Source: Faecousia sp.
GTDB lineage: Bacteria; Bacillota; Clostridia; Oscillospirales; Oscillospiraceae
Assembly: GCA_045594185.1 (NCBI GenBank)
Contig: JAZNYB010000273.1
Span: forward strand, 1 to 33,807
Reading direction: 5' to 3'
Length of the DNA: 33,807 nt
In this document: positions 1 to 8,760 of the stretch, in pieces
How positions within the stretch are numbered: the first letter of the stretch is position 1
How the letters are laid out: every line of letters begins with the position of its first letter
The notes under the pieces: model-generated
Seen by the model: the letters and a program-made list of their open reading frames with translations, nothing else
What the model was told of the DNA's origin: nothing
The model's database searches: none
Translations under genes and position numbers: made by a program

Positions 1-201
1 GTCCCGAATATCATGTTGACACTCCAGAACTTCTCCTTCCAGCTTATAGGTTCGCTCAATGAGGTTGTTGTGTTTCTGAACCTTCTCCTCCAGCTTTTGG
101 ATGCGGTACTGGGTCAACCGGCTGGAGGCGATCACCCCCAAGGAGCTGCCCAAAACCGTACCCGCAAGGCTTAAAAGCGCAACCAAAACCGTATCACTCA
201 A
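1..201 (-). CDS. Small phage lysis-module-type membrane protein (holin-associated/XhlA-like), 3' end runs off the window
   Basis: Not in the ORF track. Read manually from TTG at 201 after RBS GAAAGGAG: MSDTVLVALLSLAGTVLGSSLGVIASSRLTQYRIQKLEEKVQKHNNLIERTYKLEGEVLECQHDIRD. One N-terminal TM helix plus a coiled coil with the YRIxxLExKVxKHNNLIERTYKLE motif I recognise from clostridial phage genes next to holin/endolysin. Confidence 0.75.
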   Translation of the reverse strand, partial: MSDTVLVALLSLAGTVLGSSLGVIASSRLTQYRIQKLEEKVQKHNNLIERTYKLEGEVLECQHDIRD

Positions 202-304
202 GCTTTCATCTCCTTTCCAGCAATTCCACCTGTGCAAATTTCCGGCGTATATTTTTCCGTTTCATCTCCACAAGTGCCGTTGCATTTTTGATTATTTGCG
301 GATT

Positions 305-658
305 TCACTCCACCACTGCTTCCCCGCCCCGGATCAGGGTGGTGCGTTCCTGTCCTTGCAGACAAAGGTCATAGGTGTACTTCCCCGCCGGAAACATCGC
401 TGTCATTGCTTCGTCCATGGAAACGGTCAGAACCCCCTGTGCCACGGCATCGCCCTCAAAGCGCAGAGCGGTTACCGGGTCACGGTGCTTGTCGTAAAAG
501 GTCAGCTCCAGAGTATCCGTTTCCCCCGGAATTACCTCCTCGCCGTCTGTGTCCTGCAAGTCCAGATGAAGATGCAGACGGAATGTGTCCCCCTCGTACC
601 AAAAGATGACACCGTTTTCAATTCTGGGCGACATTTTCGCCCAAGGCAGTTTTGCCAT
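305..658 (-). CDS. Phage-like beta-rich protein, 117 aa (resembles BppU-N/tail-adaptor-type domains)
   Basis: Start refined to ATG at 658 after strong RBS AAGGAGG. GDTFxLxLxL...GKYTYDL pattern is typical of baseplate-upper/tail adaptor N-terminal domains. The family call is tentative. Confidence 0.55.
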   Translation of the reverse strand: MAKLPWAKMSPRIENGVIFWYEGDTFRLHLHLDLQDTDGEEVIPGETDTLELTFYDKHRDPVTALRFEGDAVAQGVLTVSMDEAMTAMFPAGKYTYDLCLQGQERTTLIRGGEAVVE

Positions 659-712
659 ATTTATCGCCTCCTTCCCCTGAAGCATAACCCATAAAGGGCA
701 ATTTTGCTAACC
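659..712 (-). promoter_or_regulatory. Phage-late-like leader copy 1: GGTTAG-N20-TATGCT plus RBS
   Basis: Minus strand reads GGTTAG CAAAATTGCCCTTTATGG GTTATGCT TC AGGGGAAGGAGG CGATAAAT ATG, near-identical to the terS leader. Confidence 0.7.
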
Positions 713-789
713 CGGGAAACCCAAGGCAGAATCCCTGCAGGATCATTCTGATCTTAGTTCTTTTACGAAGAATTACAGAAAGATCCAAT

Positions 790-942
790 GCAAATGACAA
801 AGAGAAAGAGAATGACAACGAAAAAGATAATGACAAAGAGAATGACAACGAAAAAGATAATGACAAAGAGAATGAAAAGGAAATGAGAATGACAATGATG
901 AATCGTACCACGAATCGTACCACGAATCGTACCACGAATCGT
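790..942. repeat. Tandem repeat tract: 30-bp unit x2 (811-870) in a purine-rich array, then 12-bp AATCGTACCACG x3.5 (901-942)
   Basis: Directly visible: AATGACAACGAAAAAGATAATGACAAAGAG twice, and AATCGTACCACG three times plus AATCGT. Confidence 0.9.
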
Positions 943-1015
943 GGAAAGGGGGGTAAAACAAGGAAAAGAAGCTAAGGTTAGCGGTTTTTCCTTTTTTGTT
1001 ATACGATGAAGATAG

Positions 1016-1050
1016 AAAAAGTCCCCCCACGGTTCAACCCATGGAGGGAA
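1016..1050 (-). terminator. Intrinsic terminator after ribF (end of the infB operon)
   Basis: Minus strand TCCCTCCATGG-loop-CCGTGGGGGGA stem (two G-U pairs) followed by CTTTTT. Confidence 0.65.
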
Positions 1051-1149
1051 TGTGATTCTTGAACGAATAGCGAAATCGCTGCGCTGATGAATAAAAATAA
1101 TATTTCAATCCGTCCCCGCAAGGGGTACAGTTTAATCATTCATTATTCA

Positions 1150-2052
1150 TTATATTGATCGTTGTCTTTCCCTGAAATACACCTTTGTCTGCTCTCCATT
1201 GCGGAAAATTTCCTCCCGCAGTGCTTGCAAGTCAGGGAATTTCCGCTCCGGGCGCAGGAATTTGTGCAGCTCCAGATAAATTTCCTCGCCGTACAGGTCA
1301 CCGGAAAAGTCCAGAAGCCATGGCTCTACGGTAACATGGTGCCCTTCCACTGTGGGTCTGACGCCGATGTTTACCACCGCCAGCCAGCTTCCGTCCTTCG
1401 TCACGGCTTTTGCTGCATAAACACCGTAAGGAGGCAAAAGGTCATTCTCACAGGCAAGGTTTGCCGTGGGCGTGCCCAAGGTTCTGCCCAAGCCCCGCCC
1501 GGAAATTACCCTCCCGGTGAGGGAATAGGGATAGCCCAAAAGCTCCGCCGCTTCTTCCATTTTCCCCGCCCCGATCAATTCCCGGATGCGGGTAGAGGAC
1601 ACCACCTTTCCCCCGAGACAAAAGGGAGGAATCACATGGCAGTCCAACCCCAGTTCGTTGCAGGCTTCTTTTAGCAAAATGGCATTGCCCTTACCGCCCT
1701 TGCCGAAACGGTAATCCTCTCCACAGACCAGAGACACTGCCCCCATAGTGTCTATGAGGACATTTTTCAGAAAGTCCTCCCATGGCATATTCCCCATGGC
1801 TTCATCAAAGGGCAACTCCACCAGACAGTCTATGCCGTATTTTTCTTCCATGATCCTTTGCCGCTGCCGGAAGGTGGACAGCAGGGGAATTTCCGTGCCT
1901 GTGAGCAACGCCGAGGGATGTCGGTCAAAGGTCACCGCCACAGCCCGGACACCCAGACGGCTGGCTTCCCCGCGGCAGACCTCCAGCAAAGCCCCATGAC
2001 CCCGGTGAACACCGTCAAAAAAGCCAAGCGCGATCACACAAGCCTGTTTCAC
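1150..2052 (-). CDS. ribF: Bifunctional riboflavin kinase/FAD synthetase
   Basis: GFFDGVHRGH, VSSTRIR, GRTLGTPTAN and FLRPERKF motifs. Start refined to GTG at 2052, overlapping the truB stop (GTGA). Confidence 0.95.
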   Translation of the reverse strand: MKQACVIALGFFDGVHRGHGALLEVCRGEASRLGVRAVAVTFDRHPSALLTGTEIPLLSTFRQRQRIMEEKYGIDCLVELPFDEAMGNMPWEDFLKNVLIDTMGAVSLVCGEDYRFGKGGKGNAILLKEACNELGLDCHVIPPFCLGGKVVSSTRIRELIGAGKMEEAAELLGYPYSLTGRVISGRGLGRTLGTPTANLACENDLLPPYGVYAAKAVTKDGSWLAVVNIGVRPTVEGHHVTVEPWLLDFSGDLYGEEIYLELHKFLRPERKFPDLQALREEIFRNGEQTKVYFRERQRSI

Positions 2053-2930
2053 TGTCCGTTCACCTCGAAAAAGCTCTTTATAGTTGACATAACTCCATTT
2101 TCCACCTTGCCCAGAGCCAGAAACTCCCCCTGCTGATACAGACGGTAAGTCCCCTCCGGCAAGGGTGTGGAAAATCTTCCCCCATTGCGGCAAGCCTTCC
2201 CCTGATTGGGTGTCAGCTCCACAGGAGGGTGCTGCGTAAACATGGAGTCCATGGGAAGAAGGAGCTTTTCCACATCCTCTCCCCGGTCTTTTCTGTCCAA
2301 AAGGTTTCGCAGAGGTATGGCATCCTTCAGGGTATACGCCCCGGCAGCACTTCTCCGCAAGGCAGCCATGCACCCCCCGCAGCCCAAAGCAAGTCCAATA
2401 TCCTTGCACAAAGTCCGGATATAAGTCCCCTTGGAGCAAATCACCCGAAGCGCATAGTCATTTTCGTGATGCTCCAGCAACTCCAAAGCAAAAATCTCAA
2501 TTTCTCTGGGTTGCCGCTCTACAGTCTCCCCTTTTCGGGCTAATTCATAGAGCTTTTTGCCCCCGATCTTCACAGCGGAGTACATGGGGGGGATCTGGGT
2601 CTGCTTTCCCCGGAAACCTTCCAAGGCTTTCAGTACATCCTCCTTGGTTACTGTCACAGGGCGTGTTTCCAGCACTTCCCCGGAGGTGTCCTCCGTATCC
2701 GTCAGAAGCCCCAAACGCAGGGTGGCAATGTATTCCTTTTGGGCGTGTTCAAAAAACTCCACCCCTCGTGTGGCTCTGCCCACAAAAACAGGCAGGACCC
2801 CGGTAGCCATAGGGTCTAAAGTTCCGCCATGACCGATGCGCTTGGTGTTAAAAACACGGCGCAGGCGGGCAGTAACATCCTGGCTCGTCCACCCCTGAGG
2901 CTTGTCTATGATGATGATTCCGGTTGCCAT
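2049..2930 (-). CDS. truB: tRNA pseudouridine(55) synthase
   Basis: IDKPQGWTS, GHGGTLDPMATGVL, QIPPMYSAVK and CSKGTYIRTL motifs; canonical operon position. Confidence 0.97.
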   Translation of the reverse strand: MATGIIIIDKPQGWTSQDVTARLRRVFNTKRIGHGGTLDPMATGVLPVFVGRATRGVEFFEHAQKEYIATLRLGLLTDTEDTSGEVLETRPVTVTKEDVLKALEGFRGKQTQIPPMYSAVKIGGKKLYELARKGETVERQPREIEIFALELLEHHENDYALRVICSKGTYIRTLCKDIGLALGCGGCMAALRRSAAGAYTLKDAIPLRNLLDRKDRGEDVEKLLLPMDSMFTQHPPVELTPNQGKACRNGGRFSTPLPEGTYRLYQQGEFLALGKVENGVMSTIKSFFEVNGQ

Positions 2931-3036
2931 GGCACGAGCCTCCTTTGTGTTTCTCGTAGGAGATCAATACGAAATTTGTTTTATGGGACAGTCCGCACCC
3001 TTTCATGTCTATAGGGCAGCATTGCAAATCGGGATT

Positions 3037-3762
3037 TTACCCCAATACTGCTGATGCAAAGCTAATTACAGAAAACAAGTTGCACAAGCAATGAAATACC
3101 ACGCTTATGTACAAATTCTTTTTCTGATAGGAAACATATGCCACCGGTACAAACGCCAGAATGCGAAATATGTTATTGAATGGGAACCAAAAATGATAGA
3201 GTGAAAACAGGATCCCTATCAGAATCGGTGTAAAGGCGTTTTGTTTTTTGTAATGGGAGGTAAGGTATCCTCTAAAAAACAATTCTTCCGTTATGGGCCC
3301 AATCAGGACATTAAAAACGCCATAGTATACACAAGTAGCAATAAGGGCTGGTTTTGAAAAGTATTGCAGATATTCATAATTTGTCCAATCAAAACCTGCT
3401 GGCAAACGATCAAGCACTTTTCCTCTTATACCCATGAAAATTTGGTTTTCCACCGGTGCGACAAAAGCCGACAGCAAGCCCGCTATTCCAAAGAACGCAA
3501 ACGCAATGATCAACACTTTCCAAATGGAAGTCTTTTCCTGACCTGCAAATGCGCTTTTAAGGGAATATGTCCCATATTCATTTTTGCTTGCTGTTAAAAT
3601 AATACCCAACTCCATGGGAATCAAGATTAGTGTTGCCAATATACAGAATAACAAGATGTGGGGTATTTTGCTAAAATGCCCCAACAAGAGATAAGCTGTG
3701 CTAAAAACGGCTGTGGGAATAAAAATTCTCAGCAAGAGTCCTTTTGTCCCGATTTTACTCAT
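3037..3762 (-). CDS. CPBP (CAAX/Abi) family intramembrane glutamic metalloprotease
   Basis: Multi-TM protein with EELFFRG, FSLYH and FHCLCN motifs; visibly AT-richer than its neighbours. Confidence 0.88.
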   Translation of the reverse strand: MSKIGTKGLLLRIFIPTAVFSTAYLLLGHFSKIPHILLFCILATLILIPMELGIILTASKNEYGTYSLKSAFAGQEKTSIWKVLIIAFAFFGIAGLLSAFVAPVENQIFMGIRGKVLDRLPAGFDWTNYEYLQYFSKPALIATCVYYGVFNVLIGPITEELFFRGYLTSHYKKQNAFTPILIGILFSLYHFWFPFNNIFRILAFVPVAYVSYQKKNLYISVVFHCLCNLFSVISFASAVLG

Positions 3763-3811
3763 CGTAAATATTCCTCACAAAATTCATAATCCAGTTGTGG
3801 GTATTATGTGG

Positions 3812-3992
3812 CAAAATTTTGGTTTGTTGGGGAGATTTTACCCTCTCAGTCGGCTACGCCGACAGCTCTCCCAAAGGGAGAGCCAAGGCATTGTTCCAGT
3901 CTTGTGGCGACCCACTTGTCTCTCCCCTTGGGAGAGGTGCCCAGTGCGCACACTGGGCGGAGAGGGTAAACACCCAGTTAAATCGGAATTTG
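3812..3992. repeat. Short non-coding element with conserved ends and REP-like nested palindromes
   Basis: Ends CAAAATTTTGGTTTGT...TAAATCGGAATTTG. Internal hairpins GTCGGC-tac-GCCGAC, GCTCTCCC-aaa-GGGAGAGC and CCCAGTG-cgca-CACTGGG; outer ACCCTCTC/GAGAGGGT. Confidence 0.75.
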
Positions 3993-4003
3993 CCGCTATT
4001 TTC

Positions 4004-4954
4004 TTAAATCAGCCCCAATTTTTTCAGGGCATCCAGCACCATTTCTCCTGCTTTTTCCTGATTTTCCCGGATGGTTGCCCCTGCCGCCGCTCTATGACCG
4101 CCTCCGCCAAAGCAGGCGCAAAGAGCCGCCGCGTCATACTCAGGGGCGCACCGCACAGAGAGCTTGGTGCTGCCGTCTTTTATGGTGCGGAAGGTGACAG
4201 CCAAATGCACCCCCGCCACACTGCGCCCAAAGCTGGACACATCCTCCAGATCGTCCTCCCCCAAGCCCAGCTCCTGCTCCAATTCCCAAGGGATGAACAC
4301 AAGGGCGATCTTACCGTCAGCATAAAGGCGCAAATGCTCCGTCATATAGGCGTTAAGGCGGTGTCTGCCCAGAGAAATTGTTCCATAGACCTCTTTGTTG
4401 ATTCGGTAGAAGTCCGCACCGGCTTCTAAGCAGGCAGCAGCGGTGCGCAGCGTATGCCCGGTGGTGTTGGAATAGCGGAAGCAGCCGGTATCTGTACACA
4501 CCGCCACATAAAGGGCGTTGGCAATGTCTCTGTCCAGCTCCACCCCAAGGGCAGTCAAAAGCTCATAAATGATCTCTCCGCAGGCGGCGGAAGCTGGGTC
4601 GTTGTATCCTTGCCCCGCAAAGCCCCGGTTGGTGCCGTGGTGGTCAATGAGCAGATCAATGGGTCTTTCCTTCCAGTTTTGGGGGAGCATTTCCGTTCCT
4701 GCCACATCCACCGTAACCACCGTGGCATCTTCCGCAACGGTTTCCACGGTCAGCCCAGCCAAATATGGGGCATACCGGGGGGTGATCTGCGGATTTTCCA
4801 AAACAGAAGCATTTTTCCCCAGCTTTCGCAGCCCCCGGCACAGAGAAGCGGCGCAGCCCACGGTGTCCCCATCCGGGCGGCGGTGGGTCACAAGAACGAA
4901 ATGATCATTCCCCCGCAGCCACAGGGCAGCCTGCTCAATGGTCAGCTTCTTCAT
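4004..4954 (-). CDS. nrnA: DHH/DHHA1 bifunctional oligoribonuclease/PAP phosphatase
   Basis: HRRPDGD, IDHH, TDTGCF and GGGGHRAAAG motifs; located downstream of rbfA. Confidence 0.92.
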   Translation of the reverse strand: MKKLTIEQAALWLRGNDHFVLVTHRRPDGDTVGCAASLCRGLRKLGKNASVLENPQITPRYAPYLAGLTVETVAEDATVVTVDVAGTEMLPQNWKERPIDLLIDHHGTNRGFAGQGYNDPASAACGEIIYELLTALGVELDRDIANALYVAVCTDTGCFRYSNTTGHTLRTAAACLEAGADFYRINKEVYGTISLGRHRLNAYMTEHLRLYADGKIALVFIPWELEQELGLGEDDLEDVSSFGRSVAGVHLAVTFRTIKDGSTKLSVRCAPEYDAAALCACFGGGGHRAAAGATIRENQEKAGEMVLDALKKLGLI

Positions 4955-5309
4955 TTTCTTCGTCCTTTTGAATGTTCAGAGAGCCTAAAAGGTTCAGCAT
5001 ATACTGTCCTCTGGTGATGGAGTCATCCTCCTGCCATTGAAGCTCAGGGGTATAACGCAGGTTCAGTGCCGCCCCCAGCTCCCGGCGAAGATACCCTCCC
5101 GCGGATCTCAGCCCCTTGATCGCCTCCGCTGCCTTTTCCTTCTCCAAAAAGCTCACATAGATCTTGGAGTAGCGCAGATCGGGGGTGGTTTCCACTCTGG
5201 TAATGGAGATCATAGTGCCGGACACTCTGGGATCTTTCAGATTCCGCAGCAGGTCGGACAATTCCTTCTGGATCTCCTCGTTGATCCGTCCAATTCGATT
5301 GGATGCCAT
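4935..5309 (-). CDS. rbfA: 30S ribosome-binding factor A
   Basis: RINEEIQKELS..KDPRV, TRVETTPDL and LRYTPEL motifs. Confidence 0.96.
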   Translation of the reverse strand: MASNRIGRINEEIQKELSDLLRNLKDPRVSGTMISITRVETTPDLRYSKIYVSFLEKEKAAEAIKGLRSAGGYLRRELGAALNLRYTPELQWQEDDSITRGQYMLNLLGSLNIQKDEENEEADH

Positions 5310-5392
5310 TTGGCTTCCTCCTTTGCATACTTATTCACTATTCACTACAAAGCCAGCCGCCCCGAATGACCGGCGCGGCTGGGGTAAGGGAA

Positions 5393-7732
5393 TTACTGCT
5401 TGATTTCTTCCATGGCGAAGCATTCGAAGATGTCGCCTTCCTTGATGTCGTTGTACTTATCGATGGACATACCGCACTCATAGCCGGCAGTGACTTCCTT
5501 GGCGGCATCCTTAAACCGCTGCAAAGAGCCCACAACGCCCTGATGGAGAACCACATTGTCACGCAGCACACGAACCTGAGCATCTCTTGTGACCTTGCCG
5601 TCCTTGACGAAGCAGCCGGCAATGGTACCGATGGCGGACACCTTGTAGGTCTGGCGAACCTCGGCATGACCAATGACCACTTCCCGATACTTGGGAGCAA
5701 GCATACCCTTCAGGGCCGCTTCAATTTCGTTAATGGCATCGTAAATAACACGGTAGAAGCGCATATCCACCTTGGAACGGGCGGCACTTGCCTGCGCGCC
5801 GTCGTCGGCACGGACATTGAAGCCGATCACAATGGCGTTGGCGGTGGAAGCCAGAAGAATGTCGGACTCGTTGATGGCACCGACACCGGCATGGATGACC
5901 TTGACCCGGACTTCCTCGTTTGCCAGCTTCATGAGGCTTGCCTTAACCGCTTCGGCGGAGCCCTGCACATCAGCCTTGACGATCAGGTTCAGCTCCTTCA
6001 TTTCCCCTTCCTTCATCTTGGCAAAGAGGTTATCCAGCGTGACCTTTGCGGTAGCCTTGGCAGCGGCATCCTTCTCAGCCTGACGGCGCTGCTCCACCAG
6101 CTCACGGGCCATGCGCTCATCGGAAACGGCGTTGAACTCGTCACCGGGGGCGGGAACATCCGCAAGACCCGTAATTTCAACAGGCACGGAAGGCCCTGCG
6201 GTCTTGACGGTGCGACCCTTGTCGTCGGTCATCACACGGACACGACCCACAGCAGTGCCGGCAATGATCACATCGCCCTGATGGAGCGTACCATTTTGCA
6301 CCAGAAGGGTAGCAATGGGGCCTCTGTTTCTGTCCAAACGGGCTTCGATCACCGTACCCTTGGCGGCACGGTTGGGGTTTGCCTTCAGCTCCTGCACCTC
6401 GGCGGTGAGGATGACCATTTCCAGAAGCTCGTCAATGCCCATGCGCTGCTTGGCGGAAATGGGGCAAATGATGGTATCGCCGCCCCATTCTTCCGCAACC
6501 AGCTCATACTCCGTAAGCTGCTGCTTGATGCGGTCGGGGTTTGCGCCGGGCTTATCCATCTTGTTGATGGCTACGATAATGGGAATATTGGCTGCCTTGG
6601 CGTGGTTGATGGCTTCCACGGTCTGGGGCATGATGCCGTCGTCAGCGGCGACCACCAGAATGGCAATGTCGGTACACATAGCACCTCTTGCGCGCATGGA
6701 GGTAAAGGCGGCGTGACCGGGGGTATCCAGGAAGGTAATGGGGTTTCCATTGATCTGGACGGTATACGCGCCGATGTGCTGGGTAATGCCGCCGGCTTCC
6801 CCGGAGGCAACATTGGCGTGACGGATGGCATCCAGCAGGCTGGTCTTGCCGTGGTCAACATGACCCATGACAACCACAACAGGACTGCGGGATTGCAGCT
6901 CCTCGGCGGTATCCACATGGTCGTCAATGATCCGCTCCTCAATGGTGACGGTGACTTCCTTCTCCACCTTGCAGCCCATTTCCGTGGCAACAAACTCGGC
7001 GGTATCAAAGTCAATGACCTGATTGATGGTAGCCATGATGCCGTTTTTCATCAGGGTCTTAATGACCTCAACGGCAGTCTTTTTCATCATGCTTGCCAGC
7101 TCAGAAACCGTGATCTCCTCGGGGATCTTCACGGTGAGGGGAGTCTTTTTAATGACCTCAAGCTGCAAACGGCGCATCTTTTCCTGTTCCTCGTTGCGAG
7201 CCTTGTTGCCCTTGAACTTGTCGCCCTTCTGCTTTTTCTGCTTGCCGCCGCCGATTCTCTGCTTGCCGCCGGTGAGATTCTGCGCCCGCTCGGATACCAA
7301 GGTATCTACCCGGTCATCAAACCGCTCCACATTGACCCGCACAGCGGAGGTATCCACCACCCGGCGTTCTCTTTTCCGTTCCGGCTCTTTGGGAGCTTCC
7401 TGCTTCTGGGGAGCTTTGGGGGTTTCCTGCTTTTGGGGAGCTTTTCCTGCGGGTTTTCCGCTTTCCGGCTTCGCTTCTGCCTTCTGCTCCTGCGCTTTGG
7501 GCTCTGCCTTGGGTTCTTCCTTGGGCTGTGCCGTGGCAAAAACTCTTTCCAGAGAATCGATCTGATTCTTCTGTGTCACATATTCAAAAAAGATGTTGAG
7601 CTGCTCGTCGGTCAAAACCTGAGAGCTGCTCTTGGGGCGGTCAAAAAACTTCCCCAGGATCTCCGTGACCTCTTTTGCGGTCATGCCCAGGTCCGCGGCA
7701 ACCTCCCGAACGCGATATTTCACAAAACTCAT
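5393..7732 (-). CDS. infB: Translation initiation factor IF-2
   Basis: [28 protein letters not shown] and KADVQGS motifs. Confidence 0.99.
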   Translation of the reverse strand: MSFVKYRVREVAADLGMTAKEVTEILGKFFDRPKSSSQVLTDEQLNIFFEYVTQKNQIDSLERVFATAQPKEEPKAEPKAQEQKAEAKPESGKPAGKAPQKQETPKAPQKQEAPKEPERKRERRVVDTSAVRVNVERFDDRVDTLVSERAQNLTGGKQRIGGGKQKKQKGDKFKGNKARNEEQEKMRRLQLEVIKKTPLTVKIPEEITVSELASMMKKTAVEVIKTLMKNGIMATINQVIDFDTAEFVATEMGCKVEKEVTVTIEERIIDDHVDTAEELQSRSPVVVVMGHVDHGKTSLLDAIRHANVASGEAGGITQHIGAYTVQINGNPITFLDTPGHAAFTSMRARGAMCTDIAILVVAADDGIMPQTVEAINHAKAANIPIIVAINKMDKPGANPDRIKQQLTEYELVAEEWGGDTIICPISAKQRMGIDELLEMVILTAEVQELKANPNRAAKGTVIEARLDRNRGPIATLLVQNGTLHQGDVIIAGTAVGRVRVMTDDKGRTVKTAGPSVPVEITGLADVPAPGDEFNAVSDERMARELVEQRRQAEKDAAAKATAKVTLDNLFAKMKEGEMKELNLIVKADVQGSAEAVKASLMKLANEEVRVKVIHAGVGAINESDILLASTANAIVIGFNVRADDGAQASAARSKVDMRFYRVIYDAINEIEAALKGMLAPKYREVVIGHAEVRQTYKVSAIGTIAGCFVKDGKVTRDAQVRVLRDNVVLHQGVVGSLQRFKDAAKEVTAGYECGMSIDKYNDIKEGDIFECFAMEEIKQ

Positions 7733-8460
7733 TCTTCCGCACCTCCATGTGTCTTTCTGCCGGGCTTCCGTCCGGCGACTTTGTTTCCGGTGGCATATCT
7801 TTGTCCGGCTGGCTTGCTCTTGTTTCCTTTATAGGGCTTTCTGTCAGCCGGTTTATATTCCTTTGTTCCCTTGCCGGTCTTTCCCGGAGTCTTTTCTCCC
7901 TGAAAACGGCTCTTTTGTCCCTGACCCTCATTTTTGTGGAAGGGTCTTCTTTCCTGTTTTTTGGAATCTTCTGCCCGGGGTGTCTGTCTTTTAGGGGAAG
8001 TCTCCCGCTTTTCGGGGGATTCCTGCCGGGGCGTTTCTTTTTTGCTCTTTTTGCCCTTGCGAAGGTTCTTCTCGTGGGCTTTTTCCTCCAACTGATGGCG
8101 GCGGAAGCGGTCTGCCTTGACGGTCAGGACTTCCACTGCTCCGGCGTACCGGGCATCATCCTCCAGAGCTTTCAGGAAGGACAGAGCCATCGCCGGATCG
8201 GTCATAGCAGCCAGAGCGACAACGGTGCGCCCAAGGGCAGCTCCCATTTCCTCTTTGGTAAAGGGGAGGACGACCATCTGCTGGTCTGTGCCTGCCACGA
8301 AATTCTTCGCTCTGCGGCAGGTATTGTCCGGAGCATCGGAGGCAACCAGGATCAGTCTGGCGTGACCGGCTCTGGCGGCGGCTCCCACAGGCTCCTCGCC
8401 CACCTCAATACGACCGGCTTTCCGGGCTAGGGAGAGATAGTTAATGGCATTGGGCTTCAT
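7729..8460 (-). CDS. L7Ae/YlxQ-family RNA-binding protein with a long basic C-terminal extension
   Basis: N-terminal [15 protein letters not shown]...LILVASDA...EMGAALGR L7Ae pattern; position between ylxR and infB. Confidence 0.85.
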   Translation of the reverse strand: MKPNAINYLSLARKAGRIEVGEEPVGAAARAGHARLILVASDAPDNTCRRAKNFVAGTDQQMVVLPFTKEEMGAALGRTVVALAAMTDPAMALSFLKALEDDARYAGAVEVLTVKADRFRRHQLEEKAHEKNLRKGKKSKKETPRQESPEKRETSPKRQTPRAEDSKKQERRPFHKNEGQGQKSRFQGEKTPGKTGKGTKEYKPADRKPYKGNKSKPAGQRYATGNKVAGRKPGRKTHGGAEE

Positions 8461-8722
8461 CGTTTCCCTCCATTTCCTTCCGCAGCTGCTCCAGCACCGT
8501 CTCCGGCACTGTCACTTCCAAATTCCGATCCAGAGACTTGGAGCGGATCGCCTTTTTCAGGCACGCCTCACTGGGGCAGACATAAGCACCCCGCCCCGGG
8601 GCTTTTCCGTAAAAATCCAGACTTACAGCTCCCTCCGGGGAGCGAACCACCCGGATCAGCTCCTTTTTTGGTTTCCGTTCCCGGCAGCCCATGCACTGGC
8701 GCATGGGAATTTTCTTCTGCAT
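8441..8722 (-). CDS. ylxR: YlxR/RnpM family RNA-binding protein
   Basis: PMRQCMGCRE, ELIRVVR and GRGAYVC motifs; located downstream of nusA. Confidence 0.93.
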   Translation of the reverse strand: MQKKIPMRQCMGCRERKPKKELIRVVRSPEGAVSLDFYGKAPGRGAYVCPSEACLKKAIRSKSLDRNLEVTVPETVLEQLRKEMEGNDEAQCH

Positions 8723-8760
8723 TGTGTCTGCCCTCCTTTCAGGGGTGTAATGGGTCGGGC

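Noticed and set aside
790-942. Tandem repeats as a CRISPR array; ORFs 618-935 and 773-1030 as genes
   Set aside because: The units are directly adjacent with no spacers, and the ORFs are low-complexity translations of the repeat without an RBS.
1102-1128. ATTTCAATCCGTCCCCGCAAGGGGTAC resembles a type I-C CRISPR repeat
   Set aside because: Single degenerate copy with no spacers and no cas genes.
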